Source: Octopus sinensis
Lineage: Eukaryota
Direction: 5' to 3'
Length of the DNA: 64,000 nt
NCBI RefSeq assembly: GCF_006345805.1
Contig: NC_043009.1
Span: forward strand, 17,112,001-17,176,000
This document shows positions 1-10,647 of the stretch, one piece after another. Numbering within the stretch: the first letter of the stretch is position 1; each line of letters begins with the position of its first letter. The position numbers and the translations under genes are program-made. The notes beneath the pieces were generated by a model that was not told where the DNA came from, searched no databases, and saw only the letters and a program-made list of their open reading frames with translations.

Positions 1-260
1 CACTCCATGGCCAAACCCTGCAAAGCTTAACAAAGAAGAAGTGAGCCTCAGTAAAAACAAACAATAGCTCAAAAGCTCTGGACAAATAACTGGAATGAAA
101 GGACTGACTCTCACTGCACAAAACCAATGCCTGGCCACAAACAACTATAAAAGCAAAATAAAGAAAACAGGACCTAACACCAAATGCAGAATGCGCAACC
201 AGCACAATGAGACAGTTGACCACATTATCTCTGACTTTCCATTCCTTATCAAATATCAAA
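1..260 (+). mobile_element. R4/Dong-type non-LTR retrotransposon fragment (region around the CCHC knuckle)
   Basis: Hand translation gives MKGLTLTAQNQCLATNNYKSKIKKTGPNTKCRMRNQHNETVDHIISDFP. This matches the 'AAQ.Q.L.T..Y......CR.C....ETV.HI.S.C' segment also seen in the elements at 21374-21610 and ~24600. Confidence 0.7.
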
Positions 261-288
261 TCTGAATATATATGTATATATATATAAA

Positions 289-644
289 CATCCAGATGGA
301 CGATACAAAGAAAACAAGAATGGGTCATTCGAAGTTTTCTATCCTCAATTAAGTTCCAGATTATCTTTGTAATTTCGGCTGGTTAATCTTGAGATTGCTC
401 CAATCTGGCCAGCCCCAATGAAAAACTAAGCTAAGAGCATTAGATTCCTTGGAAGAAAGCAACGAATGTATTGCTTTCTTCCAAGGAATCTAATGCTCTT
501 AGCTTAGTTTTTCATTGAGGCTGACCAGATTGGAGCAATCTCAAGATTAACCAGCCGAAATTGCAAAACTAATCTGGAACTCGACTGAGGATAGAAAACT
601 CTGAATGACCTGTCCTTGTTTTCTTTGTATCATTTGTCTGGATG
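289..644. repeat. Long inverted repeat: 174-bp arms (289-462 / 471-644), 8-bp spacer
   Basis: The reverse complement of 471-644 aligns colinearly with 289-462; the centre reads GAAAGCAA-cgaatgta-TTGCTTTC. Confidence 0.9.
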
Positions 645-737
645 CTTTGCGTTCTTGTCCCATTTTGGGATTTTTTATTATCTTTCGTTTTTGTGTATGC
701 TCTCCCTTCACTTACTTCATTCTGTTCCTATATATAT

Positions 738-1040
738 GTGGAGCACTCCATTGGTTACGATGACAAGGGTCCCAGCTGATACAATCAACATATCAACTTG
801 CTCGTGAAATTAACGTGCAAGTGACTGAGCAATCCACAGACACATGTACCCCTAACGTAGTTCTCAGGGAAATTCAGTGTGAGACAGAGTGTGACAAGGC
901 GGGCCCTTTGAAATACAAGTACAACTCATTTTTACCGGATGAGTGGAATGGAGCAACGTGAAATAAAGTGTCTTGCTCAAGGACAGAATGCGTCGCTGGG
1001 AATTGAACTCAGGACCTTACAATCGTGAGCCAAATGCACT
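738..1040 (-). mobile_element. tRNA-derived SINE, family B
   Basis: Minus-strand head has A box TGACTTAGTGG and B box GTTCAATTCC. The 3' body (GAGAACTACGTTAGGGGTAC...GTTAATTTCACGAGCA) is shared with copies at 19441 and 51080. Confidence 0.8.
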
Positions 1041-1283
1041 AACCACTAAGTCACGCGCCTTCAGTCAGGTATCACTGGCAACGACCCACACTCAAATGGT
1101 GCTTTTTATGTGCCACCAGTATGGGTCATAGTCAGGTGGTACTGGCATTGGCCACGACAATGACTTCACTTGATTTAACAGGTCTTTGCAAGCACAGTTT
1201 ATTGCCCAATGATTGAATGGTACTCTTAAATCGGCTGGTTATGCTGCACTACCATAGGCCACAGTTACGGTCTCACTTCACAC

Positions 1284-1737
1284 ACATCATCATCATCATC
1301 ATCATCGTTTAACGTCCGCTTTCCATGCTAGCATGGGTTGGACGGTTCAACTGGGGTCTGGGAAGCCAGAAGGCTGCACCAGGCTCAGTCTGATCTGGCA
1401 GTGTTTCTACAGCTGGATGCCCTTCCTAACGCCAACCACTCCGTGAGTGTAGTGGGTGCTTTTTACGTGCCTCTGGCACAGGTGCCAGACGGGGCTGGCG
1501 AACGGCCACGATCGGATGGTGCTTTTTACCTGCCACCAGCATGGAGACCAGACGAAGCTGGCAACGGCCACGAATTGGATTGTGCTTTTTACGTGCCACC
1601 GGCACAGAGACCAGATGAAGCTGGCAACGGCCACGAATTGGATGGTGCTTTTTACGTGCCACCGGCATGGAGGCCAGTCAGGGCGGCGCTGGCTACGGCC
1701 ACGTTCGGATGGTTCTCTTACGTGCCACCGGCACTGA
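1284..1737 (-). mobile_element. 5'-truncated RTE LINE 3' UTR with (GAT)n tail and 63-bp tandem subrepeats
   Basis: Reverse complement of 9400-9630; GGTGCTTTTTAC units start at 1455, 1518, 1581, 1644 and 1711. Confidence 0.85.
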
Positions 1738-1749
1738 TATATATATATC

Positions 1750-1827
<78 letters not shown>

Positions 1828-1878
1828 TATGTGTGTGTATGTGTGTGTGTATGTATGTGTGTATATATATATATATAA

Positions 1879-1937
<59 letters not shown>

Positions 1938-1988
1938 TATATATATAATATATATATATATATTATATATATATAATATATATATATA

Positions 1989-2030
<42 letters not shown>
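1738..2030. repeat. (TA)n/(CA)n compound microsatellite
   Basis: Directly visible dinucleotide arrays; the source of the YIYI ORFs. Confidence 0.95.
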
Positions 2031-2033
<3 letters not shown>

Positions 2034-2460
2034 CACAGGAGTGGCTGTGTGGTAAGTAGCTATAGGTGCAGGAGTAGATGTGTGGTAATAGCTTGCTTAC
2101 TAGCACATGGTTCTAGGTTCAGTCTCACTGCCTGTTAGCTCAGCAAGGTGTCTTCTACTGTAGCCTCAGGTCAACCAAACCCTTAGAAGTGGATTTGATA
2201 GATGGAAACTGAAAGAAGCCTGTCATATATCTGTATATATATATATATATGTATGTGTATGTATATATATGTTTGTGTGTCTGTGTTTGTCACCACAACA
2301 TTGCTTGACAACTGATGCTGCTGTGCTTACATCCTCATAACTTAGTGATTTGGCAAAAGAGACTGACAGAATAAGTACTAGGCTTATAAATTATAAGTCC
2401 TGGGGTCGATTTGCTCGACTAAAGGCAGTGCTTCAGCATAGCTGCAGTAAAAGAATAAAA
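2031..2460 (+). mobile_element. tRNA-derived SINE, family A (GGAGTGGCTGTGTGGTAAG head), partly duplicated head
   Basis: Same head, internal (TA/TG)n tract and 3' GGGGTCGATTTGCTCGACTAAAGGC as copies at 3817, 11506 and 26556. Confidence 0.85.
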
Positions 2461-2510
2461 TAATATATGTATGTATGTATGTGTGTATATATATATACAT
2501 ATATATATAT

Positions 2511-2800
2511 TGATAGAAATGGTAAGACAACAAAAGAATGAAAGAGACCTCGATATTATGTAAATAGAGGAATTTATCTGTAAATATAATATGTGATAAT
2601 TGTTCGGTAGCCATGATAAAACTCCGAGTTTCGGATGTCGGGCGGAAACCCATGCCGCCATCTCTTCAGTTATCCGGCCATCAAAAAAATGCTATGAAAA
2701 TGACCGTTAAACAAAGGGAAATTACTGTGTGATTGACTGTTATTAAGACAAAAGAGCTATGAGAATGACCGATAAGTAAGGAGAGGGAGTAAAAGTAAGG
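2511..2800 (-). mobile_element. Probable Penelope-like element terminal repeat fragment carrying a hammerhead motif
   Basis: Contains the hammerhead at 2608-2681 and has a second copy at 14685-14760. The Penelope assignment is inferred from the known association of short type I hammerheads with these elements; boundaries are approximate. Confidence 0.5.
2608..2681 (-). ncRNA. Type I hammerhead ribozyme motif
   Basis: Minus strand reads GGCC-G-GATAA CTGAAGA GATG..GCGG..CCGC..CATC-C GAAA CTCGGAG T T TTATC-AT-GGCT. Stem I is GATAA/TTATC, stem II is GATG/CATC plus GCGG/CCGC, and stem III ACTCGGAGT is near-palindromic. Confidence 0.7.
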
Positions 2801-3106
2801 GAATAAAAATGTTCATAGCAATCGCGTAAGCGCACATGTCCATACATTCACATATGCACTCGCACACCCACGTACATGCGCCTATAAGTATACACTCATC
2901 CATCCTCACTTGAAACACACACATGCTCACCCACACATTCGCTGAAAAATATATACAGACCTGCATACACTCTCGCACACACACACACATGCACAAAAAA
3001 GGTTCATGTACACAGGGCTAAAGGCAAAATACAGAAAAATGTGTAAAGAAGTATAAAAAAATAAGCAATAAAAGTAAAACATGTGTGTGTGTGTATATAT
3101 ATATAT

Positions 3107-3192
3107 CATCATCATCATCATCGTTTAACGTCCGCTTGCCATGCTAGCATGGGTTGGACGAATGACTGAGGGCTGGCTGCACCAGGCTTCAA
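3107..3192 (-). mobile_element. Short RTE 3' tail fragment in (TA)n
   Basis: (CAT)n-CGTTTAACGTCCGCTTGCCATGCTAGCATGGGTTGGACG, flanked by TA repeats. Confidence 0.8.
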
Positions 3193-3298
3193 TATATATA
3201 TATATATATATAAATATATAAATATAGGGATGGTATTATTATAATACCATCACAAGTGGTATCAGCCGTACAGGCAAATTAATAAAATATATACATAC

Positions 3299-3522
3299 AA
3301 TATTAGATAGGTACATATATACACAAGGGTACTACATGAGTACCTATATTTGAGGTACCCATTTGAGCTAAGACATAATTATTGTTCACTGATATATTTT
3401 CCTATCTTGTCTGTAGTAGATTTGTGACTTTTCGGTGATACAGAAGTATTTTTTGGCTTCTATCATCAGCAATATAGGTACTCATGTAGTACCCTTGCAC
3501 ATATATGTACATATCTAATATT
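3299..3522. repeat. Inverted repeat with ~52-bp arms (3299-3350 / 3471-3522), MITE-like
   Basis: CAAGGGTACTACATGAGTACCTATATT and its reverse complement AATATAGGTACTCATGTAGTACCCTTG. Confidence 0.8.
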
Positions 3523-3525
3523 CAT

Positions 3526-3760
3526 TCATCATCATCATCATCATCGTTTAACGTCCGTTTTCCGCGCTAGCACGGGTTGGACGGTTCGACTGGGGTCTGG
3601 GAAGCCAGGGGCTGCACCAGGCTCCAGTCTGATCTGGCAGAGTTTCTACAGCTGGATGCCCTTTCTAGTGCCAACCACTCCGCGAGTGTAGTGGGTGCTT
3701 TTTACGTGCCACCTGCACAGGTGCCAGGGGGGTTCGGCATCGGCCATGATCGGTTGGAGC
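3526..3760 (-). mobile_element. 5'-truncated RTE 3' UTR/tail copy
   Basis: Reverse complement of the 9430-9630 terminal segment, with (CAT)n tail. Confidence 0.85.
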
Positions 3761-3782
3761 TTTTTGTATATATTTTATATAT

Positions 3783-3814
<32 letters not shown>

Positions 3815-3816
3815 CT

Positions 3817-4230
3817 TAGGAGTGGCTGTGTGGTAAGTAGCTTGTTTACCAACCACATGGTTCCAGGTTCAGTCCCACTGCGTGGCATCTTGGGCAATTG
3901 TCTTCTGCTATAGCCTCGGGCCGACCAATGCCTTGTGAGTGGATTTGATAGACGGAAACTGAATGAAGCCCATCGTATATATGTATATATATATATATAT
4001 GCGTGTGTGTGTTTGTGTGTCTCTGTGTTTGTCCCCCTAGCATTCCTTGACAACTGATGCTGGTGTGTTTATGTCCCCGTTACTTAGCGGTTCGGCAAAA
4101 AGAGACCGATAATATAAGTACTGGGCTTACAAAAGAATAAGTCCCAGGGTCGAGGTGCTCGATTAAAGGCGGTGCTCCAGCATGGCCGCAGTAAAAACAA
4201 GTAAAAACAAGTAAAAAGAAAAAGAAAAGA
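3817..4230 (+). mobile_element. SINE family A copy
   Basis: GGAGTGGCTGTGTGGTAAG head, GGTTCAGTCCC B-box-like motif, (AAACAAGTAA)-type tail. Confidence 0.85.
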
Positions 4231-4846
4231 GAGAAAAAATATATATTTTATATATATATAATATATATATATATATACACATATGTGTATGTTATGACTC
4301 ATGCACTGTTCTTTTCCTGACGCTTGGACATTACCCTATGTACTATACATACACTTTAGATAAGTTGTAGTGCACCTGAGCACTGTACACAATGTTTTAT
4401 TATTATTATTATTTATATATATACACACACACACAAACACACACATTCATACACACACACATATATAAATATAATATATATATTAAATATGGGTGAGTGT
4501 GTGTGTGTGGGGGGTGGATATGTGCATGTACATATAGGATGGATTGGAGAGGAGATGAGTTGGATGAGCCATAAGGTGTTTGAGCGTCAGGTGTTAAGCA
4601 GAAGTATGAAAATCAGATGCAGAGATGAGACCCTGTTGATGCTGCTACATTACATGAGACACTACTCTCCATACAACACAGAGTACAAGTGTATATTACA
4701 ATCATTCTATATTAAGTATGATAAATTGGTATTTTACATATTTTGCAGCAGGTAATTGATATAAATTTAAAGTGTAATAAATATTCTTGGCTTTGGCTAG
4801 ACATCTGTCTTGTTGATAATGGTTTAACTTCACTAAGTTATATACG

Positions 4847-4879
<33 letters not shown>

Positions 4880-5107
4880 TAATATATATACACACAACAA
4901 CACACACATATATATTTATGTATATATTTATTCATATGTGTGTGTGTGTGTGTATGTACACAGATTCATACATATGTTTAGCTGTGTGGGTGTGAGTATG
5001 GACACACAGACACACACACACACACACACGTACTATGCTTGCACATGCATGTACACACATACATTCATACCTACATACATACATACATATGTACATATGT
5101 GTGTATG

Positions 5108-5312
5108 TAAGAGAGAGAGAAGAAGAAGGAGAAGAAGAAGACGTCGACGACGACGACGACGAAGAAGAAGAAGAAGAAGAAGAAGAAGAAGAAGAAGAAG
5201 AAGAAGAAAAAGAAGAAGAAAAAGAAGAAGGGGAAGAAAGAAGAAGAAGAAGAGAAGAAGAAGAAGAAGAAGAAGAAGAAGAAGAAGAAGAAGAAGAAGA
5301 AGAAGAAGAAGA
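5108..5312. repeat. (GAA)n microsatellite with short (GAC)n insert
   Basis: Directly visible; explains the poly-E, poly-R and poly-L ORFs. Confidence 0.95.
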
Positions 5313-5825
5313 AAGACAGAGACAGAGAAACAGAGAGTGAGTGTGTTTCTGTGTATTTGTGTCCGTGTTGAGAAATTTAGCGAAGTATCAAGTGAAGCAT
5401 TTGATGCCATAGAGGAGCAGAACGTACAGAACGGTACTTGTAGAAGAGACAACCTGCTGAGGGTTACAAACTAAACCTTTGGCTGGGGTAAGATTCCAGC
5501 CAAAGCAAAGGTGGCACAGTCCAGGGCAGTGATATGGAGTGAGTCATAAAAATGAAGAGAGAGATTGGAATGACCGGAAAACAGCAGGCAGAGAAGAACT
5601 GTAATATAGAATTAGAAGGGAAGCTGAGTGCCAAGAGTATCTAAGCATGGGGTGAATAGGGAAAGTAAGATGTTTGTCAAGGTTGTTCAGCATATGTGGA
5701 CCTGCAGCATGAAGTGTTTTCTGGATTGCAAGGCAGTACGTTAGAGGCAACAGAGGTGTGATATAAGCATGTGTGAATGGATAATAGCACACTTACAATA
5801 GCAAGCTACTTACCACACAGCCACT

Positions 5826-5846
5826 TCTGCACCTATATATACATAC

Positions 5847-5885
<39 letters not shown>

Positions 5886-5886
5886 G

Positions 5887-5920
<34 letters not shown>

Positions 5921-5937
5921 TATATATATAAAACACC

Positions 5938-5969
<32 letters not shown>

Positions 5970-6099
5970 ATATATATACATATATACATATATATATAAC
6001 ATACATATATATATATATGTATGTATATGTATATATACATATATACATATATATATACATACATACACATACATATACATATATATATATATATATATA
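5826..6099. repeat. (TA)n-rich microsatellite hosting the RTE 5' junction
   Basis: Directly visible. Confidence 0.95.
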
Positions 6100-9000
6100 T
6101 GACACCCTATTGCGGACTACCTCATTGACAAATGACAGTGACCTTCTCTTCGTGGCAGGTGATTTCAATGGACATGTTGGACGACATGTCGGGGGCTTCC
6201 ATGGCGTCCATGGAGGCTACGGTTTTGGCTCTCGTAATGAGGAGGGAACCAGGCTGCTGGAGTTCTGCGATGCAAATGACCTTATGGTCTGCAATACCAA
6301 CTTCAGGAAACCCACCTCTCACCTAGTCACCTACCGTTCTGGCGGACACACCAGCCAGATTGACTACATCCTTGCCAGAAAAAGGAAAGGGGCTGATTAT
6401 AAATGCCAAAACCTTTCCAGGCGAAGAATGTACTCCCCAACATAGATTAGTGGTTAGCGACTTCAGGATCAGAGCTAAATGGTTGCCCAGAAGAAGACCA
6501 GCTTGGAGGAGAAGGGTCTGGAAGCTTAAACATCCTGCAAATGGACAGAGATTTAGAGACATACTACTCGAGGCCTTTGACGAAATAGAAGGGGATATAG
6601 CTTCACTAAATGTGGAAGACAACTGGAGATTCCTACGGGACAATCTGCTGACAGCCACTGACCAGATCTGTGGATGGAGCAAAGTACCATCTCGACCCAG
6701 AGTAACATGGTGGTGGAACAATACTGTTGACAGGGCTATTAGACAAAAGAGACAGGCTTGGAAGGACTGGAAGAATGGTGGTAGCAGGGAATTGTATCAG
6801 ACAGCCAGAAGGGAAGCTAGGAGACAGGTTTATCTAGCCAGAGGGGAAGCGGATAAGAAAAAATTTGCCAATATTCTGAGCCGTGAGGATGAAAGACTTG
6901 AGGTATTTCGTGTTGCAAGACAGTGTGTGTGAGAGAATCGTGATGTGGTAGGAGAGAAGTGTGTTCGCATGGATGATGGTTCACTTGCGCTAAATGAGGA
7001 TGCAAAGAGAGAGGTTTGGAGATGCCACTATGAAAGGTTGCTGAATAAAGAAAATGAATGGGATAAAGAGAGTCTGCCGAATGTTGACCCAACAGAGGGA
7101 CCAGCTATCCGAGTTGATAGTTCCGTGGTAGCTAAGGCAATTAGAAGCATGAAGACAGGGAAAGCCCCAGGCCCATCAGGAATTACTGCAGAGATGCTCA
7201 AAATATCTGGCAGTGTCGGCTATAGCCTGGTCACCCGTATAGTCAACCAGGTGATACACGAAGGAGTCATACCCAATGACTGGTGTAGCAGCACACTAGT
7301 CAACTGCTACAAAGGTAAAGGTGATGCCCTAGATACAAATAATTACAGAGGTATCAAGCTGTTGGATCAAGTAAGAAGGTTACGAGAGGGTCATAGCCCA
7401 ACTAATTAGAGAGAGAGTTAGTTTAGATGAGATGCAGTTTGGGTTCGTGCCAGGGAAAAGTACCACTGATGTTATATTCCTGGTAAGGCAGCTGCAGGAG
7501 AAATACCTAGCCAAAGATAAGCCCCTGTACCTGGCTTTTGTTGACATGGAGAAAGCTTTTGATAGGGTCCCCCGATCCCTTATCTGGTGGTCAATGAGGA
7601 AACTGGGATAGATGAATGGCTGGTGAGGACTGTGCAAGCCATGTACAGAGATGCCGTAAGTAAGGTTAGGTTGGCAACATGTACACAGAAGAATTCAAAG
7701 TAGAGGTTGGGGTCCACCAGGGTTCAGTACTCAGCCCCCTCCTATTTATCATAGTTCCAGGCAATTACGGAGGAATCAAGACAGGTTGTCCCTGGGAGCT
7801 CCTCTACGCTGACGACCTTGCTCTTATTGCTGAGTCACTATCAGAGCTGGAGGAGAAGTTCCAGGTGTGGAAGGAGGGTTTAGAATCGAGGGGCCTTAGA
7901 GTCAACCTAGCTAAAACCAAAGTACTAATAAGTAGGAAGGTAGACAATCCACAAATGTCTTCAGAAGATGGCCCTGCTTGATCTGTAGAAAAGGTGTAGG
8001 TAGAAACTCTATAAGATGTACCCAGTGTAAGCTATGGACACATAAGAGGTGCAGCAATGTCAAAGGTAGGCTAACTGGGAAGATAGTTTTTGTATGTGGC
8101 AAATGCTCTGGAGCATTAACCTCGAAAATCTGCAGAAAATAACTTCCGTCACTTTCCAGGGGGAAAAACTAGAAGTAGTTGATAGCTTCCGTTATCTAGG
8201 TGACCAAGTCAGTAGTGGGGGTGGGTGCGCTGAAAGTGTAACTGCTAGAATAAGAATAGCCTGGGCAAAGTTTAGGGAGCTCTTACCTCTGCTGGTGACT
8301 AAAGGCCTCTCGCTCAGAGTAAAAGGCAGACTGTATGATGCGTGTGTACGAACAGCCATGCTACATGGCAGTGAAACATGGGCCGTGACTGCCGAGGACA
8401 TGCGTAAGCTCGTGAGGAATGAAGCCAGTATGCTCCGATGGATGTGTAATGTCAGTGTACATACTCGACAGAGCGTTAGCACCTTGAGAGAAATGTTGTA
8501 CCTAAGAGGCATCAGTTGTGGTGTGCAAGAGAGACGATTGCGCTGGTATGGTCATGTGGCGAGAATGGATGAAGATAGGTGTGTGAGAAAGTGCCAATCC
8601 TTAGCAGTTGAGGGAACCCGTGGAAGAGGTAGACCCAGGAAAACCTGGGACGAGGTGGTGAAGCACGACCTTCGAACTTTAGGCCTCACTGAGGAATGAC
8701 CAGCGACCGAGACCTTTGGAAATATTCTGTACGTGAGAAGACCAGGCAGGACAAGTGAGCCCAGCCCACTTATGAATGCCTTCCCTCCCTTGGACACAAA
8801 GACCTGTTGAGGCAAGCGAAGTCGATATAGAACCTCATCCGACGACAGGCACCCATGCCAACCCCCTTGCTTGCGAAGACATGTTGGGGCAAGCAAAATC
8901 GAATTGAACCAGCCAGGATCCCTGGTCTGGTGGTACGTAAAAAGCACTATCCGACTCGTGGCCGATGCCAGCGCCGCCTCCACTGGCTTCCGTGCCGGTG

Positions 9001-9630
9001 GCACGTAAAATACACCAATCTGACCGTACGACAGGCACCCATGCCAACCCCCTTGCTTGCGAAGACATGTTGGGGCAAGTGAAATCGAATTGAACCAGCC
9101 AGGATCCCTGGTCTGGTGGTACGTAAAAAGCACTATCCGACTCGTGGCCGATGCCTCCACTGGCTTCCGTGCCGGTGGCACGTAAAATACACCAATCTGA
9201 CCGTACGACAGGCACCCATGCCAACCCCCTTGCTTGCGAAGACATGTTGGGGCAAGCGAAAACGAAATCGAAATCGAATTGAACCAGCCAGGATCCCTGG
9301 TCTGGTGGTACGTAAAAAGCACTATCCGACTCGTGGCCGATGCCAGCACCCCTTCGTTTGGCTTCCGTGCAGGTGGCACATAAAATACACCAATCCGACC
9401 GTGGCCGTTGCCAGCCTCACCTGGCACCTGTGCAGGTGGCACGTAAAAAGCACCCACTACACTCACGGAGTGGTTGGCGTTAGGAAGGGCATCCAGCTGT
9501 AGAAACACTGCCAGATAAGACTGGAGCCTGGTGCAGCCTTCTGGCTTTCCAGATCCCCGGTCGAACCGTCCAACCCATGCTAGCATGGAGAACGGACGTT
9601 AAACGATGATGATGATGATGATGATGATGA
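6100..9630 (+). mobile_element. RTE-clade LINE, 5'-truncated and frameshifted (AP-endonuclease C-terminus, RT, 3' UTR, (GAT)n tail)
   Basis: EN motifs [17 protein letters not shown] and SQIDYIL; RT motifs NYRGIKLL, VDMEKAFDRVP (hand-read ~7540), GVHQGSVLSPLLF and LLYADDL; C-terminal RRLRWYGHVARM...GRGRPRKTW. Several frameshifts split the ORF (6100-8699). Confidence 0.95.
8843..9400 (+). repeat. Three tandem ~180-190-bp units in the RTE 3' UTR
   Basis: CGACAGGCACCCATGCCAACCCCC recurs at 8843, 9029 and 9206. Confidence 0.9.
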
Positions 9631-9631
9631 T

Positions 9632-9802
9632 ATATACACTCTCGGAGTGGTTGGCGTTAGGAAGGGCATCCAGCTGTAGAAACACTGCCAGATCTGACTG
9701 GCCTGGTGCAGCCTTCGGGCTCCCCAGACCCCAGTTGAACCGTCCAACCCATGCTAGCATGGAAAGTGGACGTTAAACGATGATGATGATGATGATGATG
9801 AT
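9632..9802 (+). mobile_element. Second short RTE tail, in tandem behind the main copy
   Basis: Repeats CACTCTCGGAGTGGTTGGCGTTAGGAAGGG...GACGTTAAAC(GAT)n. Confidence 0.85.
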
Positions 9803-10022
9803 ATATATATAAAATAGATAATGGTGTCATTGAGACCCAAAGGTGTCAGGTAATGTTAAATAAGTGCTATAGGCAGACCATAGTTAAGTTCCAGATTCGG
9901 TAATATTGCGAATAAAGGGTTCAGCATTGGTTCTGTGTCAGCGTGTGTATATACAATTTTTTTGCGAATTGATATAAAAAAACCAAGGCTGTATAGCTAT
10001 TAGAGCATTTATAGATAGAAGG

Positions 10023-10075
10023 TCTTACAGCTATTTCTAGAATATTAATTAATAATAATATCCCTTCCTCAGAGA
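10023..10075 (-). ncRNA. Minimal type I hammerhead ribozyme motif (possibly degenerate), probably in a Penelope-like repeat
   Basis: Minus strand reads TCT CTGAGGA A GGGATA [14 nt] TATTCT A GAAA TAGCTG T A AGA: 3-bp stem I, wobble-rich stem II, near-palindromic stem III and a GUA cleavage triplet. The 10.1-11.1 pair is A.A rather than G-C. Confidence 0.55.
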
Positions 10076-10598
10076 TGGTGTGAGAGGAAAAATTAAGTCA
10101 TAGTTAGTTTCGATGTGATACAAATAGAGAGTGAGGTAGAGGGAAGAAAATAGATGTAAGATATGTATGGTTATTGAATTCGTAAATCCGTTTTATAGGC
10201 ATAATGGTATATATGTGTAATATTCCAATATCCTTTGAGTAAAATCCAAAAGTCCATTAGTCCATCCAGATATAGAGTATACATATGCAATGTAAGATTC
10301 TCTTAAAGTTGGTCATTCCCAGTAGGGAATTTATATAGTGTGTAGCAGATTTGAGGTTTGTGTTGAAACTGACCTAGAAATAGGCAGTGTATTAGTTTGG
10401 TCAAATTGAAAACAGGAAGAGAGGAATGACAAAAAAGAAAGGGAGAGAGAAAAAAGAATGAAAGAGAAAGAAGATTAATAAAAATAACAAAAAATAAAAT
10501 AAAGAATAAAAACCCTGAAGGTATGAATAAAGGAAATAAGGAAAAGAAAAAAGAAAAATTAAGATATAGGTTGGTCAGTGGTCAGTGGATATTATATA

Positions 10599-10639
<41 letters not shown>

Positions 10640-10647
<8 letters not shown>

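Noticed and set aside
515-580. Hammerhead-like GGCTG..CAGCC-GAAA-TTGCAA in the palindrome arm
   Set aside because: There is no CUGANGA and no UH after stem III; at best it is a decayed motif.
1455-1737. Regularly spaced repeats resembling a CRISPR array
   Set aside because: The inter-repeat sequences are homologous to each other, the context is eukaryotic and there are no cas genes; it is an RTE UTR tandem repeat.
1338-2036. Long ORFs rich in YI/HT/CV repeats (also 5793-6168, 32615-33254, 58829-59359 and others)
   Set aside because: They are translations of (TA)n, (CA)n and (TATG)n microsatellites, which lack stops in some frames.
3420-3480. CTGATGA...GAAA on the minus strand
   Set aside because: Seven extra nucleotides precede GAAA and stems I and III cannot be formed.
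4743-5474. 243-aa poly-Arg / 101-aa poly-Glu ORFs
   Set aside because: They come from the (GAA)n microsatellite, with no splice or domain support.
8552-9586. 344-aa minus-strand ORF with internal repeats
   Set aside because: It is the antisense reading of the tandemly repeated RTE 3' UTR.
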